Shown here: one piece after another, positions 35,795-46,034 of the stretch
How positions within the stretch are numbered: the first letter of the stretch is position 1
Layout: every line of letters begins with the position of its first letter
Assembly (NCBI GenBank): GCA_016181405.1
Contig: JACOZJ010000002.1
Location: forward strand, 10,608-74,607
Length of the DNA: 64,000 nt
Direction: 5' to 3'
Origin: Candidatus Wildermuthbacteria bacterium
Lineage (GTDB): Bacteria > Patescibacteriota > Minisyncoccia > Minisyncoccales > UBA10102
The notes under the pieces: generated by a model
The model's database searches: none
The model's input: the letters and a program-made list of their open reading frames with translations, nothing else
Told to the model about the DNA's origin: nothing
Made by a program: the position numbers and the translations under genes

Positions 35795-36580
35795 CTATGC
35801 TTTGTTTAGCTCTTCCATCGCTTCCTCAAACTCTTCTTGCGATAGATTTTTGTAATGGTACACGTTGTTGTTTTCCGCCCTCTTCCAACCTTTTCCCTTA
35901 ATTGTATCGCATACAATCATGCGCGGGGACTGGACACGAGATCCTGCAAAAGCAGCTTCAATCTGTTCAAAATTATGGCCATCTATCCGCTCCACAGCCC
36001 AACCAAATGCCCGAACCCTCTCGTCGAGCGGTTCAATGTTCAAAATCTCTTCTGTTTTTCCCATTGCCTGAAATCGATTGTTGTCCACCCACACCACAAG
36101 ATTTGAAAGGCCATGCTGCTTGGCGATTAAGATTGATTCCCACGTAGTACCTATTTGCATTTCTCCATCTGACATAAGAATATGGGTTGTTCCATTGTCC
36201 GCGTTGAGTTTTTTTGCCAAGGAGAACCCAACGCCCGCAGGCAAACCAAACCCCATGCTTCCGCCGGCAAATTCCAGCCCAAACTTTCCTTGCGGCTCTA
36301 TCAGACCTATATATTTTGTTTCGTTCGGCTGGCAATATCGTTCCAAATCTTTCTCTGGGATAACCCCCTTTTGCCCAAGGAAATAATACACAGAAGCCGC
36401 CACCCAACCCTTGCTTGCAATAAATGTATCTTTCTGAAGATCCATTTTCTCGAAGAGAACGCTTAATATATCGATACAGCTAAAGTTACTCCCAATATGG
36501 CTGGATTGGGCTTTGTAAATCATACGGAGAACGGTTTTACGCGCATCGTTAGTTATTTTCGTGTACTCATTAGGTGTCAT
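35795..36580 (-). CDS. Transketolase N-terminal (ThDP-binding) subunit
   Basis: HIGS, SKG, SDGEMQIG..WE, TIKGKG. Confidence 0.9.
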   Translation of the reverse strand: MTPNEYTKITNDARKTVLRMIYKAQSSHIGSNFSCIDILSVLFEKMDLQKDTFIASKGWVAASVYYFLGQKGVIPEKDLERYCQPNETKYIGLIEPQGKFGLEFAGGSMGFGLPAGVGFSLAKKLNADNGTTHILMSDGEMQIGTTWESILIAKQHGLSNLVVWVDNNRFQAMGKTEEILNIEPLDERVRAFGWAVERIDGHNFEQIEAAFAGSRVQSPRMIVCDTIKGKGWKRAENNNVYHYKNLSQEEFEEAMEELNKA

Positions 36581-37170
36581 TGGAAAATTTTTAAAACAGT
36601 TTGAAGAATAATATTCAAATCCACCAGAAAATTCCTTTCTCTCACATATTTCATCTGCAGGCGCATCTTCTCTGGCCGTATTTTCTCCTGGTACGTTTTT
36701 TCCGGATCTGCACTTCCCCGCAAAATTTCTCCTTCATGAAAATTCCATAAAGAAGCCCAATCGGTCATGCCGGGCCGCACAGAAAGGATAACATTTCTTT
36801 CTTCGGATGTCATCATATCCACATAAAACGGCACTTCCGGTCTTGGACCTACAATGCTCATTTCTCCCTTTATGACGTTAAGAAGCTGGGGCAGTTCGTC
36901 GAGCTGAAACTTTTTCAAAAACTTTCCCATGCGGGTTAGCCGAGGATCGTCGCCTGCCGTGGAAGGCCCTCCTATTTTATCAGCGTTTTGCACCATGCTG
37001 CGAAACTTAAACATACGGAATTCTTTTCCCTGCTTCCCCACTCTTAACCCTTTGTAAAACACGGGACCCGACGAATCCAGTTTAATCGCGAAGGCGATGG
37101 CAAGAAAGATAGGAGCTATCAGTATAAACCCGAACAATGCTGCTATAAAATCAAAGACTCTTTTTACCAT
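36577..37170 (-). CDS. Initiating phosphoglycosyl (sugar) transferase
   Basis: KFRSM, LDELPQL, GEMSIVGPRP. Confidence 0.93.
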   Translation of the reverse strand: MVKRVFDFIAALFGFILIAPIFLAIAFAIKLDSSGPVFYKGLRVGKQGKEFRMFKFRSMVQNADKIGGPSTAGDDPRLTRMGKFLKKFQLDELPQLLNVIKGEMSIVGPRPEVPFYVDMMTSEERNVILSVRPGMTDWASLWNFHEGEILRGSADPEKTYQEKIRPEKMRLQMKYVRERNFLVDLNIILQTVLKIFQ

Positions 37171-37909
37171 GTTTGCAAACGAATACCACCTTAAATGCGT
37201 ATTTGCGCAGAAAAGGAATGCGCAAAACCATGGAATCTATCATCTCTGTTACGCGTAACACAAAATATCCTCCCGGCAAGTTTAAAAAAGGAAATGCGAA
37301 CAAAGAAACTGCATGAAAGTAGAATATTTCACAGTTTTCGAAGCGTTTTTTCAAAAGCAGGATTTCTTCTTGTCGCACAATGTGCGAAGCCGCCCACGAT
37401 GTTCTCTTCCCTGCAATGCGGTTAAGGGCGCGTTTTGCGTTTGCCAAAGGGTTGTGCCCAAAAGTTTCAATGCCAACCAACACTCCATCTGGCCGCAGCA
37501 CACGCGTAATTTCTGCGAGCGATGTTTCAAAATCCAATGAAGAAAATGTGCCCCCGTCGAACACCACATCAAAGGAATTATCCGGAAACTCAAGCTTCTC
37601 GCAGTCCATGACAAGAAATTTCGCTTTGTTCTCAACTTTTTCTTTCTCGGCGTTTCTCCTGGCGATCGCCAAAGCTCCTTGGGACAAATCAATGCCGACC
37701 ACTTCTCTCGCATGGTTTGCGAGAAATTTCGTATGTACGCCGTTCCCACACCCATAATCCAGCACTTTTTTGTCCTTTACCAGAGGGACGGCAATGGAAT
37801 ACAGAAAACTATAACTTCCCAGCACCTGAGGGGCAAATCCTTCCTCCCCCCGCTGGCGGGCTGCTGCTTCGTCATAATATTCAATTTCCTTCCTCTTCCT
37901 ATCTTCCAT
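37151..37909 (-). CDS. Class I SAM-dependent methyltransferase
   Basis: VLDYGCGNG, FPDNSFDVV. Confidence 0.9.
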   Translation of the reverse strand: MEDRKRKEIEYYDEAAARQRGEEGFAPQVLGSYSFLYSIAVPLVKDKKVLDYGCGNGVHTKFLANHAREVVGIDLSQGALAIARRNAEKEKVENKAKFLVMDCEKLEFPDNSFDVVFDGGTFSSLDFETSLAEITRVLRPDGVLVGIETFGHNPLANAKRALNRIAGKRTSWAASHIVRQEEILLLKKRFENCEIFYFHAVSLFAFPFLNLPGGYFVLRVTEMIDSMVLRIPFLRKYAFKVVFVCKHGKKSL

Positions 37910-38004
37910 ACAATATGTTCAATCTTACCAATTTTCTCTTGCAAAAACAATTCGTGCAAAATAGGAGAGCCCACGCTGTACACGTGAGCCCCTTCGCAAT
38001 ACGT

Positions 38005-39054
38005 TTAGCGACCCTCAACAAGATCGCAGATTGCCGATGCCCCAACAGCGGGATCGAACGGCATAAGTTGATCTCGCGCCTCGCTGGAGCAAGGATTCAG
38101 CAAGGCCAAGTTCACAGGAGTTACCACGAGATCCGCGACGCCAAGTACCACCTGCGGCACCTCCAGCAAACCAGACTCTTCCTGGAGAGATTTCTGAACC
38201 GCCGGCGTCACAAGAGCAGCTACAGGAACTCCTGCTTTAGCTGCCGTCGTCAGCAACGTGGAAAATCCGGCGAGAACCAAATCCGAAGCAACAACAATGT
38301 TATCGGTTGGTGGCCCGTCCACACGAACTACACGATCCCCAAGCGGCGCCAGCAAGGCGTTCCACGTTTCCCGGTACGGCTGGTTGCCGTTTTTTTTATC
38401 CGGGCGGTCTGCCTCTTTAGGGTGCCAACGAGGGATCAGCTTCCACGGTTTGCTCGTAACCGCCAAGCATTGGGATAGAAGATCTATCTGCTCGGCGGTT
38501 TCGGAGCCGCCTCCGCAGAATGCAATAACCAGTTCGCCTCCATACCGCATCCAATAAACCTCCGGGTCTGGCTCAACGCCCACCCGAACACCAGGATTGC
38601 CCGTGATGCATATCTTCGTCTTTCGGCCAAAATCTTGCCGGACAAGGCTTGATGAATACTCATCAAGCGTAAGCGCAAGATCTGGAGGTCGGCGAAGGCC
38701 GGTGATGCGTCGGAAACCTCCCCAAAAATCCTCCATGAGAACCAGTGGAATATGGTGAATTTGCGCAGCGCGCGCAAACTCCCCTTCCAAATGGCTCGGG
38801 GAACCTACGCCCACAACCACCACGTCGGGACGATAATATCCAAGTACCGCTCCCACATCCAGCGAGAAAGGAACTATCCTGTAGTCATCGGTACCGCGGA
38901 AGATCGGCGGTACCGAGCACAGCTGGGACCAAAGATAAGCCCCCATCCCCTCTAAAACGGGGAACACCTCGTGGCCCTGGTTGCTTAACACCTGCGCAAT
39001 GGGGGCAACCACGTTAGCTCCACCCATATCCTTGCAAACCGTCACTATCTTCAA
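38005..39054 (-). CDS. GT-B-fold hypothetical (glycosyltransferase/epimerase-like), cassette-style
   Basis: DMGGANV, TGNP, HP, STLL; TTG start with AAAGGGG SD; visibly GC-richer. Confidence 0.6.
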   Translation of the reverse strand: MKIVTVCKDMGGANVVAPIAQVLSNQGHEVFPVLEGMGAYLWSQLCSVPPIFRGTDDYRIVPFSLDVGAVLGYYRPDVVVVGVGSPSHLEGEFARAAQIHHIPLVLMEDFWGGFRRITGLRRPPDLALTLDEYSSSLVRQDFGRKTKICITGNPGVRVGVEPDPEVYWMRYGGELVIAFCGGGSETAEQIDLLSQCLAVTSKPWKLIPRWHPKEADRPDKKNGNQPYRETWNALLAPLGDRVVRVDGPPTDNIVVASDLVLAGFSTLLTTAAKAGVPVAALVTPAVQKSLQEESGLLEVPQVVLGVADLVVTPVNLALLNPCSSEARDQLMPFDPAVGASAICDLVEGR

Positions 39055-39145
39055 CTCACGCCCCTTTCAAACAGCTAACTACAAAAAAGCACAAAAAATC
39101 GGGAACGTCAAGTTTCCGATTTTCAAAACTCTCACCTATTTACTA

Positions 39146-39970
39146 TTACTTCTTATGCAGCTCAAACGTAAACATCCACGACATCATTTTTATGAGTGGG
39201 ATCTTGAGGAATACTTTGTCTAAAGCATTCAAAAAAGGCAGGGCAGAAGGCACGTACGCAGCTGCAATACTAAACAAATGCCAATGCCTAATGTTTTTTA
39301 CCTCAAAAAATCTTTTTGCAAACCCAATCTCTTTGTAGGAAAGAATGTGCCGCTTTTCCCAATCAGTGCGCAAATGAGGCGTAAGCATACGATACGCCTT
39401 AATGGCAGGGTTGCAATCCAATGCCTCCACTGCCAAAAGCACTCCTCCCTTTTTCAAAATCCTCCTTAACTCCGGAAACGCATACGATAAATCCAAATGA
39501 TGCAGCATGCCAGAGCAGATAACAACATCCACAGATTCATTAGGAAGACCGGTATTCTCGCAATCTCCCTGGAGAAAATAGGTATTTCTCAAAACCCCTT
39601 CTTTTTCGGCTAACGCGCGGGCATTCTTAATAGAAACATCGCTTATATCCAAACCAATTGCCAACTCTGCCCCTGCTTTTGCCGCTTTCACGGCATTCTC
39701 CCCATCGCCGCAGGCATAATCCAAAAAGATTTTGCCCTTGCTATATTGAGCTATCCAGGCATCAACATACTCATTAATGAGGTGCGCGGTCTGGTAGAAC
39801 TTGGCATTCTCGTGAAGCTTCTCATACTCGCCTTCCGCAAGTGTTTTATCTTTGTCTATATTATGAAATTCAATTTCCTTTTGTTTCCTCTCGTCCAAAG
39901 AAGCTAGCCACTCCTCGTTTGTCTTCTTGCTTACACTGTCTAGTTGTTCAATAAGTTCTTGTGTAGTCAT
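39146..39970 (-). CDS. Class I SAM-dependent methyltransferase
   Basis: LDYACGDG, GMLHHLD. Confidence 0.9.
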   Translation of the reverse strand: MTTQELIEQLDSVSKKTNEEWLASLDERKQKEIEFHNIDKDKTLAEGEYEKLHENAKFYQTAHLINEYVDAWIAQYSKGKIFLDYACGDGENAVKAAKAGAELAIGLDISDVSIKNARALAEKEGVLRNTYFLQGDCENTGLPNESVDVVICSGMLHHLDLSYAFPELRRILKKGGVLLAVEALDCNPAIKAYRMLTPHLRTDWEKRHILSYKEIGFAKRFFEVKNIRHWHLFSIAAAYVPSALPFLNALDKVFLKIPLIKMMSWMFTFELHKK

Positions 39971-40917
39971 ACCACGAGTTTCGCTATGCCAAAGAGAGAC
40001 CCTAACCCATACCCGATATGGCGCGCCGCAAAGACCAGGGGCATAGCGAATACTAACTTATTATCTCCCTCAATTATGGCAATTTTCAAAGAGAAAAACA
40101 AGGAAAGTATCATATAAGGCCAAATGCTTACGGGCAGGGTTAAGACAAAGATCAAAGGGATATAATGCCGCAAAGATCCTGAAACAAAACCAAATTTTAG
40201 AGGATATGTCGTCCAGATGCCGTCGGTAACATTATGCACAAAAAAATCTTTCAGGTTATCGGAAGAAGGGTAGTACAATGCCTTGATATCCGGAAACAGC
40301 ATAATTTTCCCGCCAGCTTTCCGCAACCGTACATTGAAATCCAAGTCTTCTATTTTCTCCATCCGCTCGTCGAACATCCCTATCTTCTCAAACACTTCTC
40401 TTCTATAACAACCAAAAGCCACCGTATCCACCTCCATTGGTTCTGCGGCGCCCGTTCTAAAATAAGAACCTCCTGCGCCAAACACATGGGACAAACAAAT
40501 GACAATTGCTTTTGCCATCAACGTATTTGCAGGAGCAACGCTTTCCAGTACTCCCCCAACGTTGTCTGATCCAGATTCTTCCAAATGCTGAACGCATTTT
40601 GAAATATAGTCTTTCGCATATACGCTGTGCGCATCCATTTTGATGATAATATCGCCCTTTGCATTTTTGATGCCCACATTCATTGCCGCTGGCGTAATAA
40701 CCCTTGGATTATCGAGAAGCTGTATCTTGTATCTAGTATTTTGTATCTGGTATTTTTCTACAATTTCGCGCGTACTATCTTTCGAAAGTCCATCCACCAC
40801 TAAAACCTCCACTCTGTCTTTGGGATAATCATTCGCAATAATCGACTCCAAGCATTTTCCAATATGTTGCTCCTCGTTTAAACAAGGAACTATGACCGTA
40901 ACAAACTTCTCGCCCAT
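39967..40917 (-). CDS. GT2 glycosyltransferase
   Basis: VPCLNE, VDG.S.D, MDAH, ED. Confidence 0.92.
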   Translation of the reverse strand: MGEKFVTVIVPCLNEEQHIGKCLESIIANDYPKDRVEVLVVDGLSKDSTREIVEKYQIQNTRYKIQLLDNPRVITPAAMNVGIKNAKGDIIIKMDAHSVYAKDYISKCVQHLEESGSDNVGGVLESVAPANTLMAKAIVICLSHVFGAGGSYFRTGAAEPMEVDTVAFGCYRREVFEKIGMFDERMEKIEDLDFNVRLRKAGGKIMLFPDIKALYYPSSDNLKDFFVHNVTDGIWTTYPLKFGFVSGSLRHYIPLIFVLTLPVSIWPYMILSLFFSLKIAIIEGDNKLVFAMPLVFAARHIGYGLGSLFGIAKLVV

Positions 40918-41867
40918 CGTGCTGCGCTAATTATTTTTTTGCTTTTCAATACTATGCTCACTGCAGAAACCAATCCGTGCGCGTCAATATATCGAAAATC
41001 TCTGTATCGGATAAACTGTTGCTGATGGCACTTTTGCAGAAATCGCAGTGAATAAAAAAACCCTTTGTTGATATGGGCGCAAGCCCTAAGCAAGAAATTG
41101 ACAGAATATCTGCGAAGCAGCATTTCATCCTTCTTGTCTAACACAGAGGGCAGGCTTTCTCTGCAAAAAGAAAGCATTTCCTTAGCGCCTTGCTCATATT
41201 CTTCCCCAAGCACTCTGTTTTGTCCGGGATGAATGCGATAATTCATCAAGGGAGCTTTCAAGAAAGCACAAGGCCCTCTTTTGGAAATTCCCATAAGGAA
41301 CACCAAATCGGCGAACTCTGAAAATTTATCCTCATGCATTCGGGCAGTAAGAAAAGCACTTTTTCTATACATAACTGAACCGAACGCGCACCGCAACCAT
41401 GACATCTCCGCTCGCACAAACTCATAGGGATTTTTATACACAGCGCTCTTCATGTTGTTCTCGTCAAAATCTGCGAAGCTCCGAATGGTTTTGTCTGAAA
41501 CTTCATTGAAATCTGAAGCTACAAATAACATACCCTGACGGGCGTCCAAAAAAGAACTCTGCAGTTCAAGTTTTTTTGGATGCATCGCATCATCATCATG
41601 GAATATGGCTACGTACTCTGAATCAAAAGGATATTCCAAAATACGGTTAATATTCCCAATAGGCCCTCTGTTTTGAGTGCTGCCAATAAAATGTATCCGC
41701 TCATCTTGGTACTTTTGCAGTTCCTGTTCGACTGGATCGTCTGAAGCGTTATCAAATACAAAAAGAGAAAAATCCTGGAACGTCTGGTTCAGGATACTTT
41801 CGATACATTCTTTGAGATACCCAAGTCTGTTATATGTTGGGATAGCAACAGCTACTTTATTCTTCAT
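40890..41867 (-). CDS. GT2 glycosyltransferase
   Basis: IPTYNR, DNASDD, HDDD. Confidence 0.92.
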   Translation of the reverse strand: MKNKVAVAIPTYNRLGYLKECIESILNQTFQDFSLFVFDNASDDPVEQELQKYQDERIHFIGSTQNRGPIGNINRILEYPFDSEYVAIFHDDDAMHPKKLELQSSFLDARQGMLFVASDFNEVSDKTIRSFADFDENNMKSAVYKNPYEFVRAEMSWLRCAFGSVMYRKSAFLTARMHEDKFSEFADLVFLMGISKRGPCAFLKAPLMNYRIHPGQNRVLGEEYEQGAKEMLSFCRESLPSVLDKKDEMLLRRYSVNFLLRACAHINKGFFYSLRFLQKCHQQQFIRYRDFRYIDAHGLVSAVSIVLKSKKIISAARWARSLLRS

Positions 41868-43179
41868 GTATCTTATCTCTATACGGCTCCAAAAACCTCA
41901 GCAGTACGTCAGTCATATAGCGCATTTTTTCTTTCGTGATGCCAGAATAGACGCCAATCCAAAGCAAATTTTCCATAATCGAATCTGTGTTGCTCAAAGA
42001 ATCGAAAACCCGATATTTTATATCTTTATACGCAGGCTGCTTTAAAAGATTGCCGCCCAGAAACATCCGCGTCATGACTTTCCGCTCTTCCAAAAACTCC
42101 ACCATTTCTTTCCTAGTGAAAGGAGCTGCTTGCTTTACAAGCATAGGAAACCCAAACCAGCAGGGGTCTGCCTCTTTTTCCTGCCGGGGGAAAGCGAGAA
42201 ACTTGCTATAGGGCCCAAGAGCTTGTTTAAGCGCTGCAAAGTTCTTTTCCCTTGCTTCTATAAACGAAGGCAGTTTTTCGAGCTGCGCCAAACCAATAGC
42301 GGGCTGAAGATCAGTAATCTTAAGATTGTACCCGATATGGGAAAAGATGTATCTGCGATCATATCCGAAAGGCAATTCTCCCACTTTCGAGGAAAACCGG
42401 TTGGTTTGCATCCCAGGTTCGTCGAATTCCCTGCCCCAATCCCGGAAAGAAGCAACAATATTCTTGAGTGTTTCGTTGCTCGTGAGCACCGCGCCCCCTT
42501 CCCCCATAGTCATGTCGTGGCTTGCGTAAAAACTGCAAGTAGCAATATCGCCAAAGGTTCCCGTATACTTTCCCTGATACTTCGATCCTACGGCATCACA
42601 ATTGTCTTCAATAAGCCATAGCTTGTGCTTTTTTGCGATACGCAAAAGCTCCCGAAGGTTCGCGGGGTTACCAAGCCCGTGAGCCACAAAAATTGCCTTT
42701 GTTTTTGGAGAAAGCGCCTTTTCAATATCTCCAACCTTAATATTATACGTGTCGAGCTCAACATCGAGGAAAACAGGAACAAGGTTATTCTGCACGATGG
42801 GATTGAGTGTGGTAGGAAATCCGCAAGCAGTGGTGATAACTTCGTCTCCCGGCTTCAGCTGTCTTGCTCCCAGTTTTGGGGAAGTGAGCGCCGAAACAGC
42901 AAGCAGATTTGCAGAAGATCCAGAATTTGCAAGAAGACAATACTTTACTCCGAGAAACGCGGCAAATTCTTTTTCGAACTGCGCTGCAAATCTACCCATG
43001 GAGAGCCAAAAATCCAAAGCAGCATCCACCAAATTCATCATTTCTTTTTCGTTGTACACGCGGCCACCATAGCTAATCTGCGTCTGGCCTGGCAGGAATG
43101 TTTCCTGGCTTTTCCGCGCTTTGTAAAACTCTTTTGTGAGCTTTAAAATTTCTTTTCGCAGCTGTTTTTCTGTTTTCAT
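41857..43179 (-). CDS. rfbH: RfbH/DdhC-like CDP-4-keto-6-deoxyglucose 3-dehydratase homologue
   Basis: NSGSSANL, GFPTT, EDNCDA, SFYASH, LPFGYD, GYNLK. Confidence 0.8.
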   Translation of the reverse strand: MKTEKQLRKEILKLTKEFYKARKSQETFLPGQTQISYGGRVYNEKEMMNLVDAALDFWLSMGRFAAQFEKEFAAFLGVKYCLLANSGSSANLLAVSALTSPKLGARQLKPGDEVITTACGFPTTLNPIVQNNLVPVFLDVELDTYNIKVGDIEKALSPKTKAIFVAHGLGNPANLRELLRIAKKHKLWLIEDNCDAVGSKYQGKYTGTFGDIATCSFYASHDMTMGEGGAVLTSNETLKNIVASFRDWGREFDEPGMQTNRFSSKVGELPFGYDRRYIFSHIGYNLKITDLQPAIGLAQLEKLPSFIEAREKNFAALKQALGPYSKFLAFPRQEKEADPCWFGFPMLVKQAAPFTRKEMVEFLEERKVMTRMFLGGNLLKQPAYKDIKYRVFDSLSNTDSIMENLLWIGVYSGITKEKMRYMTDVLLRFLEPYRDKIHEE

Positions 43180-44105
43180 AGACTCTCTTTTATGTGGCGC
43201 TGGATGCGCTCTGCCATTGCTTCTGGCGATAATCCATACGCTTGCCGCAGATATTCCTGACTTCCAATCTCTTTGCAAAAGCTGTCCGGAAATCCAATGC
43301 GCGCAAAAAGTGGCTTCGCATCTTTATATTCTGCCAGCGTCTCGGCAACTGCTCCTCCTAATCCGCCGATAATACTGTGTTCCTCAATAGAGAAAATGGC
43401 TTTCGTTTCTCGCGCCGCTTTGTGTATTGCCTCTTTATCAATAGGTTTCACGCTTGGCATGCTAAACAAACACACGCTCAACCCAGCTTGGCCGAGAATC
43501 TTTGCAGCTTCTCTCGCGTTCCATAAAATATTCCCCGTTGCGAAGATGCTAATATCGCTCCCATCCCGCAGAAGAATTGCCTTTCCAGGCGCAAAATCAG
43601 GTTTCTTCTCGTGCACTATAGGATCATTTCCCTTCCCGATACGGAGATATGCTGGCTTTTGTGATGTAGAGAGATACGCCATTATCGCCTGTGTTTCTGC
43701 GGGATCTCCCGGGCAAAAAACTTCCATATTTGGCAGGCTTCTCATAATAGCAATGTCGTTTAAAGAATGGTGGGTAAGACCTGCGGTACCGTATGATAAA
43801 CCGCCTCCCACCCCAACCAATACGACGGGCAAATTTGCAGAACATACATCATTTCGAATCTGTTCAAAACAGCGCATGGTAACAAAAGGCACAATGGAAT
43901 ACACGAAAACTTTTTTCGCTGAATGCGCAACTCCTGCCGCGACACCAATCATATTCTGTTCTGCGACTCCCACGTTCAAGAAACGTTTGGGAAATTTTTG
44001 TTCAAACGGCTCCAATACGGAAAACCCCAAATCGTTGGTAATAAGCATAACACTTTCTTCTTTTTCTGCTGCTTCAAGTAAACTGTCGCAAAACGCTTTT
44101 CTCAT
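43176..44105 (-). CDS. Transketolase C-terminal subunit
   Basis: NVGVAEQNM, EQIRND, GLTHH, EEHSIIGGLG. Confidence 0.92.
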   Translation of the reverse strand: MRKAFCDSLLEAAEKEESVMLITNDLGFSVLEPFEQKFPKRFLNVGVAEQNMIGVAAGVAHSAKKVFVYSIVPFVTMRCFEQIRNDVCSANLPVVLVGVGGGLSYGTAGLTHHSLNDIAIMRSLPNMEVFCPGDPAETQAIMAYLSTSQKPAYLRIGKGNDPIVHEKKPDFAPGKAILLRDGSDISIFATGNILWNAREAAKILGQAGLSVCLFSMPSVKPIDKEAIHKAARETKAIFSIEEHSIIGGLGGAVAETLAEYKDAKPLFARIGFPDSFCKEIGSQEYLRQAYGLSPEAMAERIQRHIKESL

Positions 44106-44905
44106 AGAGAACGAATTTCTTCTATTGCCTGCTGATATTGTTCTTCATTTGGCGATTTATAGTGCCAATCTAACTTATTCTCCATATACGATACTCCCTT
44201 CCCGTTTATGGTGTGAGCCACAAGCACTGTGGGTTTCCCCTGCTCTTGCGGAATAGCTTTCAGCGCGCGCTCGAGCTCCTCATAGCTATGCCCGTCCACA
44301 CTTCCAGCGACCCACCCAAAGTCTTGCCATTTTTTCTCCAAAGGCTCCAAATTCAGGATATCGTTTGTTTTTCCAAAACCCTGAAACTTATTGTAATCTA
44401 CAATAGCAACAAGATTGTCCAGCTTATGATGACTGGCAAAGAGCGCCGCTTCCCACAAAGCACCTTCGTCGCATTCTCCGTCGCTCAAAAGCACAAATAC
44501 TCGCTCCTTTCCATTACCCCTCTTTTCAGCAAGCGCCATGCCGGCCCCAATAGACAAACCATGGCCAAGAGATCCTGTGGAGACTTCAACGCCGGGCACG
44601 CAATCTTTTGTGGAGTGGCCGGTCAATGTTCCTCCATCCGTACAATAGGAATCAAGAACCTCCGCAGGGAAAAATCCTCGCTCTGCAAGCGTGGCATACA
44701 GGGCCGAAGCCGCGTGTCCTTTACTTAGAATAAACCGATCGCGCGGCCCATGAGGATTTTTCGGATCTATTGATAAGATGCCAAAATACAAAACCGTGAG
44801 GATATCGGCACACGACAAAGCACAAGCCACATGAGAATTTTTGGCCAAAAATGCCATTCGCACGATATTCTCCCGAATCTGTTTTGCCAAACTGCTATAA
44901 TCCAT
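44102..44905 (-). CDS. Transketolase N-terminal subunit
   Basis: DRFILSKGH, TGSLGHG, SDGECDEG. Confidence 0.92.
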   Translation of the reverse strand: MDYSSLAKQIRENIVRMAFLAKNSHVACALSCADILTVLYFGILSIDPKNPHGPRDRFILSKGHAASALYATLAERGFFPAEVLDSYCTDGGTLTGHSTKDCVPGVEVSTGSLGHGLSIGAGMALAEKRGNGKERVFVLLSDGECDEGALWEAALFASHHKLDNLVAIVDYNKFQGFGKTNDILNLEPLEKKWQDFGWVAGSVDGHSYEELERALKAIPQEQGKPTVLVAHTINGKGVSYMENKLDWHYKSPNEEQYQQAIEEIRSL

Positions 44906-46024
44906 TTACGAAACTCCAGTTAAATCCAGCACATTCTCTGCGACATAATCTGCCTGTTCTTTGGTTAAGGTCATTGGGCTCGGAAGATTAATCCCTCTCT
45001 GCCCCACAAATTCAGCAACCGGGTTCTCCCCCTTTATAAACATAGGAAAGTTGCTTATCGGAGGGAAAATAGGCCGTGTGTCTATATTTCTCTCTTTCAA
45101 TTTTGTCCTCAATTCTTCCCTGTCGATTTGAACGGTATCTTCTAAAAGTATAGAAGACATCCAGTGATTGGTTTTGGCCCAGTCTTTCTCCGCACTTAAG
45201 GTAATGCCTTTCTTCCCTCCAAGATTGGATGTATACCATTCATAAATGCGCCTTTTCTTCTCCAGCAGCTCGTTTATTCTTTCCAGCTGCGCCAAACCGA
45301 GAGCAGCTTGAATGTTAGACATCTTGTACTTATACGAGATTTCATTTATGTAAAATTGCCTATGAGAATCTCTCCCTTGATCGGCCAAGAAAGATGCTCT
45401 CTCGTATATCTTTTCATCGCTTGTGACCAGCATTCCTCCTTCTCCCGTAACCAATAATTTTGCTCCTTGGAAACTAAAGGCCGCCGCGTCTCCCAAACTT
45501 CCTGTTTTCCTGCCTTTGTATTCTGAACCAATAGAGGGAGCCGCGTCTTCCAGGATAAAGAGGCCATGCTCTTTCGCAATGCGTGTGATTTCGTCCATAT
45601 TGGCGGGGTGGCCATATAAATGCACAGGAAGAATCCCTTTTGTTTTCGGAGTTATCGCCTTTTTTAAGCTTTCGGGATCCATGGTCCACGTATCTCTTTC
45701 AATATCCACAAAAACAGGCGTGGCGCCCACATACATTACGACAGCAGCCGTCCCCCCCCAGGTTGTTTCAGGAACAATAATTTCATCGCCCTTGCCTACG
45801 CGCAAAGCTGCCAACGCTATATGCATGGCTCCCGTGCAAGAAGATGTGGCTATGGCATATTTTGTTCCCACGTATTCAGCAAATTTTTGCTCAAACTTTT
45901 TGAGGTAACCGTTCCAACTCTCATACCAGCCGTTTTTCACGGCATCCGTAACATAATCAATTTCTTTCTGGGTTATAGATGGCCCGGCCGTAAGTATCAT
46001 TTTGTCTATATGTTTCTCGTTCAT
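44906..46024 (-). CDS. DegT/DnrJ aminotransferase (perosamine synthase-like)
   Basis: VHLYG, EDAA, SFQGAK..TGEGG. Confidence 0.9.
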   Translation of the reverse strand: MNEKHIDKMILTAGPSITQKEIDYVTDAVKNGWYESWNGYLKKFEQKFAEYVGTKYAIATSSCTGAMHIALAALRVGKGDEIIVPETTWGGTAAVVMYVGATPVFVDIERDTWTMDPESLKKAITPKTKGILPVHLYGHPANMDEITRIAKEHGLFILEDAAPSIGSEYKGRKTGSLGDAAAFSFQGAKLLVTGEGGMLVTSDEKIYERASFLADQGRDSHRQFYINEISYKYKMSNIQAALGLAQLERINELLEKKRRIYEWYTSNLGGKKGITLSAEKDWAKTNHWMSSILLEDTVQIDREELRTKLKERNIDTRPIFPPISNFPMFIKGENPVAEFVGQRGINLPSPMTLTKEQADYVAENVLDLTGVS

Positions 46025-46034
46025 ATATTTATTT

